A stretch of 64,000 nucleotides of DNA from Actinomycetota bacterium (lineage in GTDB: Bacteria > Actinomycetota > Thermoleophilia > UBA2241): the NCBI GenBank assembly GCA_003132585.1, contig PKYG01000116.1, forward strand, positions 492 to 64,491, written 5' to 3'. The position numbers and the translations under genes were made by a program. A model generated the notes under the pieces. The model saw only the letters and a program-made list of their open reading frames with translations. It ran no database searches and had not been told where the DNA came from. The stretch's first letter is position 1. Each line of letters starts with the position of its first letter. Positions 34,939 through 45,150 of the stretch are shown here, in pieces.

Positions 34939-34983
34939 CCTTCTGGGTCCAAAAACCACAACCTCAAGGTGAACCGATCTGAG
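34939..34983. repeat. Direct repeat copy 2 (45 nt)
   Basis: CCTTCTGGGTCCAAAAACCACAACCTCAAGGTGAACCGATCTGAG. It is overlapped at its 5' end by the hairpin AAGGAGG-7 nt-CCTCCTT (34922-34942). Confidence 0.7.
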
Positions 34984-35098
34984 GAGGTCAGGTCAGCAGG
35001 AGTTGCTCCGCCCCGAGCCGCCCGGCTGGAACGAGGCACAAGGCGCAAGGGTTTGGCCCCTGTTCTGCCCCACCCTTTGCCGGGCAGCTACCCGAGTG

Positions 35099-36457
35099 CT
35101 ACAAGGGGATACCGCCGTAGTGGCTGTAGTCATAGTCAGCGGGGGCACTCCCCAGCGAAACGTGGTTCTCGCGGATGGCTTCCTCGAAATCCGACACAAA
35201 CGCCTCGACTTGTCCGGCATTCTGCGGCATCGTGACCAGGGTCAAGCAGACAGGGGGCGGAGTGGGTTTGGTGGAGACCGTCCAGCCCTTCGCACGAAGA
35301 GCTTTGATTGCCGGGCGAAGGTCGATTGTCCTCGAGTAGACCGCGAACAGGTTCATCTTGGAGGCATCCGAGACTTCGATGCCCTCGATCCCTTGGCACC
35401 CAGCCATCATTCCGTCTCTCAAGCCAATGGTGAAGAGAGACATCTGCTTGAAGCCTTCGAGACCCAGAGCCCTCATCATCGTCCACGCCGCCGCCACGGG
35501 ACCCGTCGCTCTAGTGCCCGTCATGACCCCGCTGGGTGGACTTATCACCTTCGCCATCTCCAGCAGACTCTCATCTCTGAAGAGGATGAGACTGCAGGGA
35601 GGCGGAACCATGGCGTTCTTATGCAAGTCAGCGCTGATTGAGGATACGGCGGACACGCGAAAGTCCCACGGATCAAGGGGAGGGTCGTAGTACCCGGCAA
35701 GCTCAAGGAAGGGAATGACGAACCCCCCGAAGCACGCATCGACATGGAAGTAGAGATCGAACTCCTCCGCGATTCTGCCCATCTCCCGAATTGGGTCGAT
35801 AGTGCCGTAGGGCCAAACGCCAGCTGTTGCGAAGATGGCCACTGTGTCTTCACGTATTGCAGCTCGCACATCGTCCGGATCGATCTCCCAGACACGTTCC
35901 GTCCTGGGCGAGACCGTAACCGGCTCGAGACCGAACAGCGCGCAAGCCTTGAATGCTGAGTAGTGCTGGTGGATCGGCATTACGACGCTCTTTGACTGTC
36001 TCTCGAACTCCAAGAAGGGTTTGTTCGGCTCCACTGGCGCCCCCGGCCGCGAGAATCGTTGACCCGGCTCGATTCCCGGGAAGCGCCGGGTATAGGCACG
36101 GTGCTTGGCGCAGGCCATCGCCGAAAGGATGGATTCGGTGCCGCCGGTTGTGATTCGCCCTTCGGCGTTCGCCGCACCAAGCAAGCCGCCGATCATCGAG
36201 GTAATCTCGCCCTGCATCTCCCGTGCGCCGTCGCCTGTGGCCCACATCTCGCCGTGTATGAACTGCAGATAGGCCTGAACAACGCGCTCGCGCACTTCGT
36301 CGCCCCAAGGAAGGGAGTCGCAGCTGACCAGGTGGCGTCCCTCCTCGAACAGGTTCATGGCCTCAGACCGCCCGTCCAACTTGGACATGTTCCACAGCAC
36401 CTGGAGCCGCTCATCGATTTCTTCTTTGGCCCATCCTTGCTCGTTGAACAACTCCAT
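35099..36457 (-). CDS. PLP-dependent group II decarboxylase (glutamate/tyrosine decarboxylase or sphingosine-phosphate-lyase-like)
   Basis: 452 aa. GRITTGGTESILSAMACAK, DACFGGFVIP and the PLP-lysine context SISADLHKNAM are present. Confidence 0.8.
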   Translation of the reverse strand: MELFNEQGWAKEEIDERLQVLWNMSKLDGRSEAMNLFEEGRHLVSCDSLPWGDEVRERVVQAYLQFIHGEMWATGDGAREMQGEITSMIGGLLGAANAEGRITTGGTESILSAMACAKHRAYTRRFPGIEPGQRFSRPGAPVEPNKPFLEFERQSKSVVMPIHQHYSAFKACALFGLEPVTVSPRTERVWEIDPDDVRAAIREDTVAIFATAGVWPYGTIDPIREMGRIAEEFDLYFHVDACFGGFVIPFLELAGYYDPPLDPWDFRVSAVSSISADLHKNAMVPPPCSLILFRDESLLEMAKVISPPSGVMTGTRATGPVAAAWTMMRALGLEGFKQMSLFTIGLRDGMMAGCQGIEGIEVSDASKMNLFAVYSRTIDLRPAIKALRAKGWTVSTKPTPPPVCLTLVTMPQNAGQVEAFVSDFEEAIRENHVSLGSAPADYDYSHYGGIPL

Positions 36458-36534
36458 GTCTGCCCCTTCCCGTCACGTCCTGAGACCCAGGCGTGGTTCT
36501 CGCGGTCCCATTGTCACCGCTGTTGTGCCACCAG

Positions 36535-37206
36535 CTATGCGCCAGTCCTCGTCGCTGATCCAAGGCCCCGATGCTTATCCAGAAGCCTCTCAGATATCAC
36601 TTCTTCCCAGTAGGCCCAGTACGGGCCTGGGTCGAAAGCTTCCGGGTCGAGCGCGTACTGCAGTGAAAGCCCGTCTAGGATGGCCAGACTTAATACTGCG
36701 AGCCGATCCACATCCTCCCTCGACTCTGGCTGCGGCTGCTCGTCAAGCATCAGCCGGTTCACCTCACGATACGTGGCATAAAGAGCGGCTATCCTCTCCC
36801 GCAAGTCCTTCCGCGCCACTGCGTGTGCTGCAATCTCTAGGAGGACTCTGAAGTCCCGGCTATTGCGGCTCACCAGCTCGTTCGCCTTCACGGCCTCATG
36901 AATCCTCTTCTCTCCTCGCGGCAGAGAGGATAGCTTCTTCCGGGCGGATGCCATGATGTCGTGACTCACCAAGTCAGCCAGCATTGCCACAAGGGTGGCT
37001 TTGTCCCCAAAGAAGTACGTGATAGACCCCTTGTACTGACCGGAGGCACGCGCAATCGCGTCGAACTTCAGTGCGGCGAATCCGTCTTTCTCGAGGAGAC
37101 GGCGCGCGGCCTTCAGTATCTTGCGAGCCGTCGGATGAAGAGTGGACAACGGATCGTACTGATCCCAAGTCGGCGGTGAGATCCTTTGCCGGTCCCCGTC
37201 TGACAT
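36535..37206 (-). CDS. TetR-family transcriptional regulator
   Basis: N-terminal HTH ILKAARRLLEKDGFAALKFDAIARASGQYKGSITYFFGDKATL. Confidence 0.9.
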   Translation of the reverse strand: MSDGDRQRISPPTWDQYDPLSTLHPTARKILKAARRLLEKDGFAALKFDAIARASGQYKGSITYFFGDKATLVAMLADLVSHDIMASARKKLSSLPRGEKRIHEAVKANELVSRNSRDFRVLLEIAAHAVARKDLRERIAALYATYREVNRLMLDEQPQPESREDVDRLAVLSLAILDGLSLQYALDPEAFDPGPYWAYWEEVISERLLDKHRGLGSATRTGA

Positions 37207-37281
37207 CGGTGCATCCTCCTTGTCTCCGAACCGGTCCGATGTGTTCCCTAGTCCCCCTGTTCCCTAGTCCCCATATTGCGC

Positions 37282-38298
37282 TCACGAGAGCCGAGAGACG
37301 GCTTCGAGGTGACCCTCAGTAGAGGGCACTGGGTCCGAGTGAAGCCAGCACGCAACGAAATGCCCGAGCCCTACGGGGCTGGCCGCCGGTCGCTCCCGAC
37401 GGCAGACGTCCATGGCCTCCGGGCATCGTGTGTGAAACCGGCAACCAGAGGGCGGATTGAGCGCGCTAGGCACCTCGCCAGCGGGTGATATCAGAGCATC
37501 GACACCCATTCGTTTCGGGTCCGGCACGGCACTGAACAGCGCCTGAGTGTAAGGATGAGCAGGGTTCGCAAAGACCCCTTGCACCGGTCCCCACTCGGCA
37601 AGTTGCCCGAGATACATGACGGCGATCTTGTTCGCGAGGTACCTTACTACGCTGAGATCGTGCGAGACGAGTATGTAGGTCAGTCCAAGGCGATCCTTCA
37701 GCTCGGCCAACATCAGTAGAATCTGGTGTTGCGACATTACGTCAATCGCCGAGGTTGGCTCGTCCAACACGACTAGCCTAGGCTTGAGCGCGAGTGCCCT
37801 GGCGATCGCAATCCTCTGGCGCAACCCGCCGGAGAACTCGTGCGGGTACTTGTAGATGTCGTCACCGTTCATGCCCACCAATTCGAGCAGTGCTCTGACG
37901 GCCGACACCAGATCCTCTCTGCCGAGGTGCTCATGAACACGTAGGGGTTCGCCCACGATATCGCGGACCAGCCAACGAGGGTTCAAGGACCAAAACGGGT
38001 CTTGGAAGACGACTTGGACCGAGCGGCGCAGGCGGCGCAGCTCACCCTTCGACAACTGGGCGAGGTCGTGCCCATCGAAGAGAATGCGCCCCGCAGTGAG
38101 CTTCTCGAGGAGAAGGAGGCCGTTCACCAACGTCGTCTTGCCGCAGCCTGACTCACCGACAAGCCCCAAGGCATCGCCCTGGTCGATGCTCAGCGTAACG
38201 TCGTCAACGGCCTTGACCCAGGCCACCGGGCGTTGCAGGACTCCGCCCTTTACGGGGTAGTAGACCTTGAGGCCTTCTATGGCTAGCAATGGCTTCAT
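37282..38298 (-). CDS. Peptide ABC transporter ATP-binding protein (OppF-like)
   Basis: The internal ATG at 38298 (MKPLLAIEGLKVYY) overlaps the upstream stop (ATGA). GESGCGKTT, FSGGLRQR and LVVLDEPTSAID are present. The 38613 start in the ORF track is spurious. Confidence 0.9.
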   Translation of the reverse strand: MKPLLAIEGLKVYYPVKGGVLQRPVAWVKAVDDVTLSIDQGDALGLVGESGCGKTTLVNGLLLLEKLTAGRILFDGHDLAQLSKGELRRLRRSVQVVFQDPFWSLNPRWLVRDIVGEPLRVHEHLGREDLVSAVRALLELVGMNGDDIYKYPHEFSGGLRQRIAIARALALKPRLVVLDEPTSAIDVMSQHQILLMLAELKDRLGLTYILVSHDLSVVRYLANKIAVMYLGQLAEWGPVQGVFANPAHPYTQALFSAVPDPKRMGVDALISPAGEVPSALNPPSGCRFHTRCPEAMDVCRRERPAASPVGLGHFVACWLHSDPVPSTEGHLEAVSRLS

Positions 38299-39278
38299 CG
38301 CGTGGCAGCCGCTACCCTGCATGCCACGTAGTGTGTGCCGTCTAGAAGGCTGAGCTGGGGTTTGGCTTGGCCGGCGCAGACTTCGCCTCCCTCTGTGCAG
38401 CGTGCGAAGTAGCTGCAATGTGCGCCGTTTTCTGTAGTGAAACGAGAGAGCGACTGGGCCCACTGCGACTCGCTCCCCTCGTGTCCCGCCGCCTTTGTCG
38501 GTATTGCGCGCAAGAGACTGCGGGTGTAGGGATGGGACGCGCTGAAGACGACCTCCTCCACTGTCCCTGTTTCGACAATTCGTCCGTCCATTAGGATGCC
38601 AACCCGGTCGCACATGGCGGATACAAGCCCCAGGTTGTTGGCGATGAACAGGACGCTGACACCCAGGTCCCTGCGCAAGGCGGCAATCGTCTTGAGCACC
38701 CCAGCTTGAACGGTCACATCAAGATTGCGCGTGGGTTCGTCAGCAATCAGGAATTGCGCTCCGCAGGCGAGAGCAAGCGCGATGATCACACGCTGCCGCT
38801 GTCCGCCAGAGAGCTGATGCGCGTACTTGGCCATCATCGTTTCAGCGTCCGGGAGACCAACCAGTCTTATCATCTCCTGTGCACGCACAATCGCTGCCCG
38901 ATGGTTCTCTCCCCCGATTCGCCGAATGACGTTGGTCAGCTGTTTGCCGACAGTGAACACGGGGTTCAATGACGACATCGGGTCCTGGAAGATCATCGAG
39001 ATGTCGCGACCTCGCAGCGCGCGCATGCGGCGCGCGCTCTTGCCAAGGAGATCCTCTCCGTCGAGGCTCAGCTCGCCTGCAGACACCACGGCCGGCGGCG
39101 TTCGCAGCAGACGTAGCACGGCGAGAGCAAGGACACTCTTGCCTGCCCCGGACTCGCCAACCAGGCCATACGATTCACCGTGTTGGATGGTGAGCTCTTC
39201 GACCTCAAGCGCCTGCCGAAACCCCTCGTAGGTTCTGAACCCCACATTCAAGTCACGGATTCGCAAGTGATCGTCCAT
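38295..39278 (-). CDS. Peptide ABC transporter ATP-binding protein (OppD-like)
   Basis: The internal ATG at 39278 gives MDDHLRIRDLNVGF. GESGAGKSV, LSGGQRQR and FLIADEPTRNLD are present. Confidence 0.9.
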   Translation of the reverse strand: MDDHLRIRDLNVGFRTYEGFRQALEVEELTIQHGESYGLVGESGAGKSVLALAVLRLLRTPPAVVSAGELSLDGEDLLGKSARRMRALRGRDISMIFQDPMSSLNPVFTVGKQLTNVIRRIGGENHRAAIVRAQEMIRLVGLPDAETMMAKYAHQLSGGQRQRVIIALALACGAQFLIADEPTRNLDVTVQAGVLKTIAALRRDLGVSVLFIANNLGLVSAMCDRVGILMDGRIVETGTVEEVVFSASHPYTRSLLRAIPTKAAGHEGSESQWAQSLSRFTTENGAHCSYFARCTEGGEVCAGQAKPQLSLLDGTHYVACRVAAATR

Positions 39279-39289
39279 TGCCCTGGTCC

Positions 39290-40168
39290 TCAATAGGTCC
39301 GACTCTTGGGATCGAGCACTTCGCGTATGCCGTCGCCGAGGACGTTGAAGGCTAGCACGGTGAAGCTGATGGCGAGACCAGGAAACAGCATGTACCACCA
39401 TGCAGTGAGGAAGTAGTTGCGACTCAGGTTGATCATGAGGCCCCACTCGGGCGTTGGCGACTGGGCCCCCAGCCCGAGGAAGCTAAGAGCAGCCAGGGTC
39501 AGAATCACGTATCCGAAATCGAGCGATGCCTGCACGATGACCGGACCCATCGCATTCGGCAAGATGTGCCTAAAGACGATGTCCCGTTTAGGCGTCCCGA
39601 TCGCCGTGGCTGCTCGCACGAACTGCCGCTCCTTCAAGGAGATTGCCTGGCTGCGCACGATACGCGTGTACCAGGGCCACCAAGAGAGCACGATTGCCAG
39701 AACGGCGTTGCGCAAGCTCGCCCCAAGAAAGACGGCAATGGCGATCGCGAGCAGCACGGACGGGAAACTCAGAAAGACGTCCACTATTCGCATGATCACA
39801 TCATCAACAATCCCCCCGACGCCACCCGCCAGTGCTCCCAGGGGTGCCCCCAACAGCAGCGCCAGGGCGATCGTGATAGCGGCAGCAGACAGTGAGATGC
39901 GTGCTCCTGCCACCACCCGACTGAACATGTCCCGTCCGAACTCGTCTGTGCCCAGAGGATGGCTCCACGAAGGCGACTGAAGTTTGACGTTCAGATCGAC
40001 CCCGCCTCTTACACTGTCGGGATAGGGGACAAGCAGCGGGCCGACAATCGCCACCAGCACCAGGATGCCGATGAACACGACGCAGACCCGCGCTAGCTTG
40101 TTGCGCATGAGCAGATGCCATCGGATGCGGGTCTCCCGCACCCTGGCTGCAAGTGCCTGAGAGGACAC
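39290..40168 (-). CDS. Peptide ABC transporter permease (OppC-like)
   Basis: RNKLARVCVVFIGILVLV is the first TM, and the loop reads FVRAATAIGTPKRDIVFRHILPNAM. The start is uncertain: in-frame candidates are GTG 40168, GTG 40141 and ATG 40108. The 40360 start overlaps the upstream permease. Confidence 0.8.
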   Translation of the reverse strand: MSSQALAARVRETRIRWHLLMRNKLARVCVVFIGILVLVAIVGPLLVPYPDSVRGGVDLNVKLQSPSWSHPLGTDEFGRDMFSRVVAGARISLSAAAITIALALLLGAPLGALAGGVGGIVDDVIMRIVDVFLSFPSVLLAIAIAVFLGASLRNAVLAIVLSWWPWYTRIVRSQAISLKERQFVRAATAIGTPKRDIVFRHILPNAMGPVIVQASLDFGYVILTLAALSFLGLGAQSPTPEWGLMINLSRNYFLTAWWYMLFPGLAISFTVLAFNVLGDGIREVLDPKSRTY

Positions 40169-40206
40169 TCTCGGCAATCTCAGACGAGCGACTCCTGCGC
40201 TCACTT

Positions 40207-41217
40207 CTAGTGCCTCACTCGTGGGTCGACGGCAATCACGATGTCTGCAACGGCATTGAGGATCACGTATGCGACGGCCGACAGGAGCGTCACGGCGATG
40301 ATCGCCGGGTAGTTGAGCGTCACCACGGAGGTCGCGATGTAGTTGCCGATTCCTGGCCAATTGAAGATGGTTTCAACGAGGAATGTGTTAACGAGAAGCC
40401 ATCCTATCTGCAGAGCCAGCACCGTGACTGTCGGTCCTATGGAGTTCTTGAAGGCGTAGCGCCACAGAACGACACCCTCGGAGAGACCATAGGAACGAGC
40501 CGCGGTGATGTAGTCCTCGTTAAGGATTTCGAGCATCGAGGACCTCGTCATACGCGCTAGTACCGCCAGCGTTCCGGCCCCAAGCGCAATGGCGGGCATG
40601 ATCAGGTGCTGAAGGTAGTCGACAAGCGCCCCCCAGTTTCCCGCGATCACGCAATCCAGGAACAGAAAGCCGGTCGCCTTCGGAACGGGCTGGATGACAC
40701 TGTAGTACTGGCTCTGTTGCCCACCGAGTGGCAGCAGGTGCAGCCACCGGAAGAAGACCATCTGCAGGAGGAGGGCAAGCCAGAACGTGGGCATCGAGAC
40801 TGCGCTGACGGCGACCACGCGCGCGATGTGGTCGGGGCGCCGGTCCTTGTACCTCGCGGAAAACACCCCCATGGGTATGCCAAGCAGTACCGCGAATGCG
40901 ACCGCCACGAACATCAGATCGGCGGTCGCCGGCAGAAAGGCCCTGAGCTCCTTACTCACGGGTTGGTGGCTCGCCAGAGAGGTGCCGAGATCGCCCCGGA
41001 CGAAAGCCGCAAGGAAGACGCGAAATTGCACGTAGATCGGCTTGTCCAGCCCGAGTTGTCCCCTTGCCGCTACACGTTGCGCAGCGGTCGCCCGCGGTCC
41101 AACCCATTGACTGACCGGGTCCGAGGGAACGACGCGAGTCAGAACGAAGGTCAGGACCAGGACCCCGAACACCACGAGTACGCCCAGCAGCGCTCGCCTC
41201 AGAATGAATGCGCCCAT
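40207..41217 (-). CDS. Peptide ABC transporter permease (OppB-like)
   Basis: MGAFILRRALLGVLVVFGVLVLTF and YITAARSYGLSEGVVLWRYAFKNSI. Confidence 0.9.
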   Translation of the reverse strand: MGAFILRRALLGVLVVFGVLVLTFVLTRVVPSDPVSQWVGPRATAAQRVAARGQLGLDKPIYVQFRVFLAAFVRGDLGTSLASHQPVSKELRAFLPATADLMFVAVAFAVLLGIPMGVFSARYKDRRPDHIARVVAVSAVSMPTFWLALLLQMVFFRWLHLLPLGGQQSQYYSVIQPVPKATGFLFLDCVIAGNWGALVDYLQHLIMPAIALGAGTLAVLARMTRSSMLEILNEDYITAARSYGLSEGVVLWRYAFKNSIGPTVTVLALQIGWLLVNTFLVETIFNWPGIGNYIATSVVTLNYPAIIAVTLLSAVAYVILNAVADIVIAVDPRVRH

Positions 41218-41377
41218 CTCACATCCGAATCCGTTGACCTCATATGCCTGGAACGCACCGCGGACAGAAGGCGGTGAATCGACTCTTGATCACAGAACCG
41301 ATGCAATTGCAATTGGTATCAGCCCTCGTCGTTCTGAATCGCACGGTCACCTTTCCAACCAGCACTCTGTCCGGTCT

Positions 41378-42970
41378 TCACTGCCTTGAGCAATCGTAGA
41401 AGAACACCACGTCCTGGTACGCAGCGTTGTCCTTGAAACCTGTGAAGGACTTCGTGACCGCAACGACGTTGCGCTTGTCGAGCAGGCAGATCCAAGGCAC
41501 CGCCTGCTGGGCGATGTTCTGCGCCTGCACGTACATCGCGGCGGCCGACTTCCTGTCAACGGCACTCACCCGCGACGCCTTGTCGATGAGTGAGTCGAAC
41601 TGCGGATCGTACCAATACGACAGGTTCCAGAGCGGCTGCGTCTCGGTGTGATAGAGGTTGAAGAGGAAGTCGTATGGGTCACAGTAGGTTGGGTACCAGT
41701 ACATGATGAACATGTCCTGTGGAGCGCTGGTGCTCTTGGCGTTCTCCCAGATTGACTCCCACGGTCCTCCGCGGAGTTGGAGATTAATGCCGACTTTCGC
41801 GAGCTCGGCCTTGTAGAGTTCCATGCACCGCCGCTCGAGTTCGTCGCCCGACGTGTAGACTCCCTGGAGGCTGAACCCTCCGTTGGCATAGCCGGCCTGA
41901 GCGAGCAGCTGTTTAGCCAAGACGGGGTTGAAGGTGTACTGGAATACCTGGTCGCTGTGCCCCCACAGGCCCGCTGGGACCGGCCCACGAGCCTGCACGG
42001 CGTAGCCGCCCGCGGCCGACTGAACCGCATCCCCATATGGGTACAGATAGGCAAGCGCCTGGCGGACGCGCGGATCACTGCATGGCTTCTTGCGGGTGTT
42101 TAGAGCGATTTCCAGGTTGCGATACGAAGGCGAGACGTTAACCTGCAGGCTCGCGTTCCCTTCCAGCGCCTTGAAGTCTTCGCTTGGTAGCTCCGTGACG
42201 ATGTCGGCCTCGCCGCCCTCAATCATCTGACGCCGTGTGGTGCTCTCTGACACGCGCTGGATGACGATGTCGTCGAAGTGCGAGCCACTCCAACCCCTCC
42301 AGTAGTCCGGGAACTTGGTCAGCACAACCTCTTGTTGCATCTTCTGGCTTTTCAGCATGTAGGGTCCGGTGCCGGCCTCATGCCCAGCCGTGAGCCACCC
42401 GCCAGGGTGCGACTTCACCGCGGTGGGCGACATGATGTAAGCACCTAGGTTCGATGAGACGATGAGGTCTAGTGGTGCTGGATACTTGAGCTTCACCACA
42501 ACGGTCGAGCTGTCAGGTGTCTCAATGGAGTCGACCGGTGCCCAGATGTACGAGACGCCTTTGTTCACCTTGATGCATCGCTCGATGGAGAACTTGACCG
42601 CCTGGGCATCGAGTGTGGTTCCATCGTGGAACTTGACGCCTTGTCGGATCTTGAAGGTCCAGGTCTTGCCGTCGCTACTCTTTGCATAGCTCGTGGCGAG
42701 CAGCGGAGTGAAGGAGTCCGTACTCGGTTCATAGCGCAGAAGGGTTTCGTAGACATTCTGCAGGACTATGGCGCCGTCCACTGCCTCAATATCCGGATCC
42801 CAGTCCGTCACTGGAGGCCGTGGGTAAAGATAGGTGGCAATCGAGCTTTTGGAGCTGCTCGTGCTCGTGCTGCCGCAGCCGCTCAGGAAGGCAAGCGCTG
42901 CCAGCGCGAGGACTACACTGACTGCAAGGCAGAGTGTGGGCAGGGCAACCGCGCTTCGCACTGATCTCAT
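41378..42970 (-). CDS. ABC transporter substrate-binding lipoprotein, family 5
   Basis: ATG 42970 is preceded by AAGGGGGA. The leader is MRSVRSAVALPTLCLAVSVVLALAALAFLSGCGS. The size and sequence style parallel the SBP at 10816-12489. Confidence 0.85.
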   Translation of the reverse strand: MRSVRSAVALPTLCLAVSVVLALAALAFLSGCGSTSTSSSKSSIATYLYPRPPVTDWDPDIEAVDGAIVLQNVYETLLRYEPSTDSFTPLLATSYAKSSDGKTWTFKIRQGVKFHDGTTLDAQAVKFSIERCIKVNKGVSYIWAPVDSIETPDSSTVVVKLKYPAPLDLIVSSNLGAYIMSPTAVKSHPGGWLTAGHEAGTGPYMLKSQKMQQEVVLTKFPDYWRGWSGSHFDDIVIQRVSESTTRRQMIEGGEADIVTELPSEDFKALEGNASLQVNVSPSYRNLEIALNTRKKPCSDPRVRQALAYLYPYGDAVQSAAGGYAVQARGPVPAGLWGHSDQVFQYTFNPVLAKQLLAQAGYANGGFSLQGVYTSGDELERRCMELYKAELAKVGINLQLRGGPWESIWENAKSTSAPQDMFIMYWYPTYCDPYDFLFNLYHTETQPLWNLSYWYDPQFDSLIDKASRVSAVDRKSAAAMYVQAQNIAQQAVPWICLLDKRNVVAVTKSFTGFKDNAAYQDVVFFYDCSRQ

Positions 42971-43074
42971 GAGTTGATCCCCCTTGCGACATCTCTCGTT
43001 TCTGGGCACCCAGCAGGCCTGGTGGGCCACACGGCGTCGGGTCATTGCCTTGGTCGCACTTCTCTCAGCACCTG

Positions 43075-45150
43075 TCATCTGACCTCCAGTTCAACAACGA
43101 AGCTTCCATGCTCCGAGACGCGAACCGCAGTTGCAGGAAAAACAACGATGGCGGTCGTCGGCTGCTCGATAATGGCCGGGCCCTCGATGTAGTCCCCCGC
43201 GGAGAGTGTCGAACCGTCCAGAACCGGCGTACTACTCACCATGCCGCCAAGGTCGGCGAAGAACACCGCCCGCGAGGAGCTTTCGCGCGTAGCGGTAACG
43301 CGGGTCTGTCTCCTCGTCGCCAGCGCCATCTCAGCGGTGAGGCCAACAGCGCGGGCTTTCCACAGCGTGAGTTCCGCCATCTGACCTGGTTCCATCGAGC
43401 CGCGAACCCGCTTGTGGGTCTCATGAAAGTCCTCGAGGAGGAGGTCGACGTCTCGCGGAGAGTCGAAAGCAGAACGCCGCAGCGGGATGGTCAATTCCCG
43501 CTCTTGGAACGGGTATCGGGCCTCAACCGAGTACTGCACGAGACGCTGGCCCTTTGGCACGGAGAGGGCATCCAAGAACTTGCCGGCCAGCTTCGTGAGC
43601 GTTTCGAGAACCGCATTCACACCCTCGTAGCAGAACGAGTCTGTGGACGTTAGAAACGCTTGGTGGAACTCTCGCACGAGGTCAGCCACTGCCCCGCCGA
43701 AGGCGCTTAGCACACCAGCGACCCTGGGGATGACAAGCCCGCACACGCCCAAGTCGGCCGCTATCGGCACGATGTGCGCTCCGGCCGCCCCACCGCCCGC
43801 CACCATGGCATACTCCCGCGGGTCAATACCCTGGCGCACTGTGATGTCGCGAATGGCCTCCGTCATATTGGCACAGACGGTCTTCCATACCGTGTAGGCG
43901 GCGGTCAGCAGATCCAGTCCCAGGGGCTCGGCGACGTTCACCATCAGCGCTTCCTCAGCCGCTCGCGTGTCGAGGGACATGCGTCCCCCTGCGAAGTTGT
44001 CGGGATCGTAGTAGCCAAGGACGAGGGCCGCGTCGGTTACCGTCGCCTGCTGTCCTCCGCGCGCATAGCAGGCAGGCCCCGGCTCGCTACCGGTGCTCTT
44101 GGGGCCGACCCTGATCAAGCCCCCGCTATCGACCCAGGCGATGCTGCCTCCGCCGGCACCGATGCTCCTCACATCGACCTTCGGCAGACTGAGCCGCTCA
44201 TCACCGAGCTCCCAGTCCAACGTCACGCCAATCTCTCCGTCGCTCACCCGGCTCACATCGAAGCTTGTGCCACCCATGTCGCAGGTAAGGACATTGGCTA
44301 GTCCAAGCTCCCTGTGTGCGAAGTATCGTCCCGCGACCGGAGCCACGGCAGGTCCTGAGTCGACGCTGTAGGCCGGGCGAGCAGCCATGTCTTCTGGCGA
44401 CGTGATCCCGCCAGAAGAAGTCAGCAGATAGAGGTCCCCTCTGAATCCTTCGTCGGCAAGCCGCGACTTGAGGTGACGAACGTAAGAACTCACCAGCGGC
44501 TGAAGAGATGCATCAACCGCCGTACCAACAGTGCGTCGGTACTCCCGGATGACCGGGTTGACCACAGAACTCAGCGAGACCGGGACCTCAGGCCACTCTT
44601 CCTTCACCAGCTCGGCGACGCGCAGTTCGTGCACGGGATTGACGAATGACCACAGGAGGGCTATAGCAATCGCTTCGACGCTCTGCTCTTTCAGCTGCCC
44701 GATGGCCTCACGTACTTCCTCTTCGACCAGGGGCGTCAGCACCTCGCCTTCGGATGAAATCCTCTCGGTCACACCCACAGTCAACTGACGCGGGACGAAG
44801 GGCTCGGGGTAGTCGAGATCCCAATCAAAGGGGTTCAGCTTGCCGCCCTCGCGAAAGAGCAAGATGTCTCGATGGCCCCTGGTGCAAATCAAGCCGATCC
44901 TGCCGACCCGCTTCTCAAGGAAAGCGTTGGTGGCCACAGTCGAGCCATGGCTGAGAAAGTGGCACTCCCCGAGCAGAGGCCTGAGTGTCTGACGACGCGA
45001 CTCGGCGGCCAAGCGCAATCCTTCCATCATGCCGAGCACGGGGTCACGCGGAGTCGAGAGGCTCTTGAAGATTTCCACTGTCCCGTCCTCGTCGAGGATC
45101 ACTACGTCCGTGAAGGTGCCCCCTACATCTGTGCACATGCGAACTGTCAT
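43075..45150 (-). CDS. hyuA: Hydantoinase A / N-methylhydantoinase A (oxoprolinase-family) subunit
   Basis: MTVRMCTDVGGTFTDVVILDEDG plus later DMGGTSFDVS actin-fold ATPase motifs. The start overlaps the hyuB stop (ATGA). Confidence 0.9.
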   Translation of the reverse strand: MTVRMCTDVGGTFTDVVILDEDGTVEIFKSLSTPRDPVLGMMEGLRLAAESRRQTLRPLLGECHFLSHGSTVATNAFLEKRVGRIGLICTRGHRDILLFREGGKLNPFDWDLDYPEPFVPRQLTVGVTERISSEGEVLTPLVEEEVREAIGQLKEQSVEAIAIALLWSFVNPVHELRVAELVKEEWPEVPVSLSSVVNPVIREYRRTVGTAVDASLQPLVSSYVRHLKSRLADEGFRGDLYLLTSSGGITSPEDMAARPAYSVDSGPAVAPVAGRYFAHRELGLANVLTCDMGGTSFDVSRVSDGEIGVTLDWELGDERLSLPKVDVRSIGAGGGSIAWVDSGGLIRVGPKSTGSEPGPACYARGGQQATVTDAALVLGYYDPDNFAGGRMSLDTRAAEEALMVNVAEPLGLDLLTAAYTVWKTVCANMTEAIRDITVRQGIDPREYAMVAGGGAAGAHIVPIAADLGVCGLVIPRVAGVLSAFGGAVADLVREFHQAFLTSTDSFCYEGVNAVLETLTKLAGKFLDALSVPKGQRLVQYSVEARYPFQERELTIPLRRSAFDSPRDVDLLLEDFHETHKRVRGSMEPGQMAELTLWKARAVGLTAEMALATRRQTRVTATRESSSRAVFFADLGGMVSSTPVLDGSTLSAGDYIEGPAIIEQPTTAIVVFPATAVRVSEHGSFVVELEVR

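Noticed and set aside
34594-35641. ORFs 34594-34923, 34719-34982, 34969-35235 and 35003-35641 in the tract after TerL
   Set aside because: The translations are Arg/Pro/Ser-rich, span the direct repeats and hairpins or run antisense to the decarboxylase gene, and have no RBS-start arrangement.
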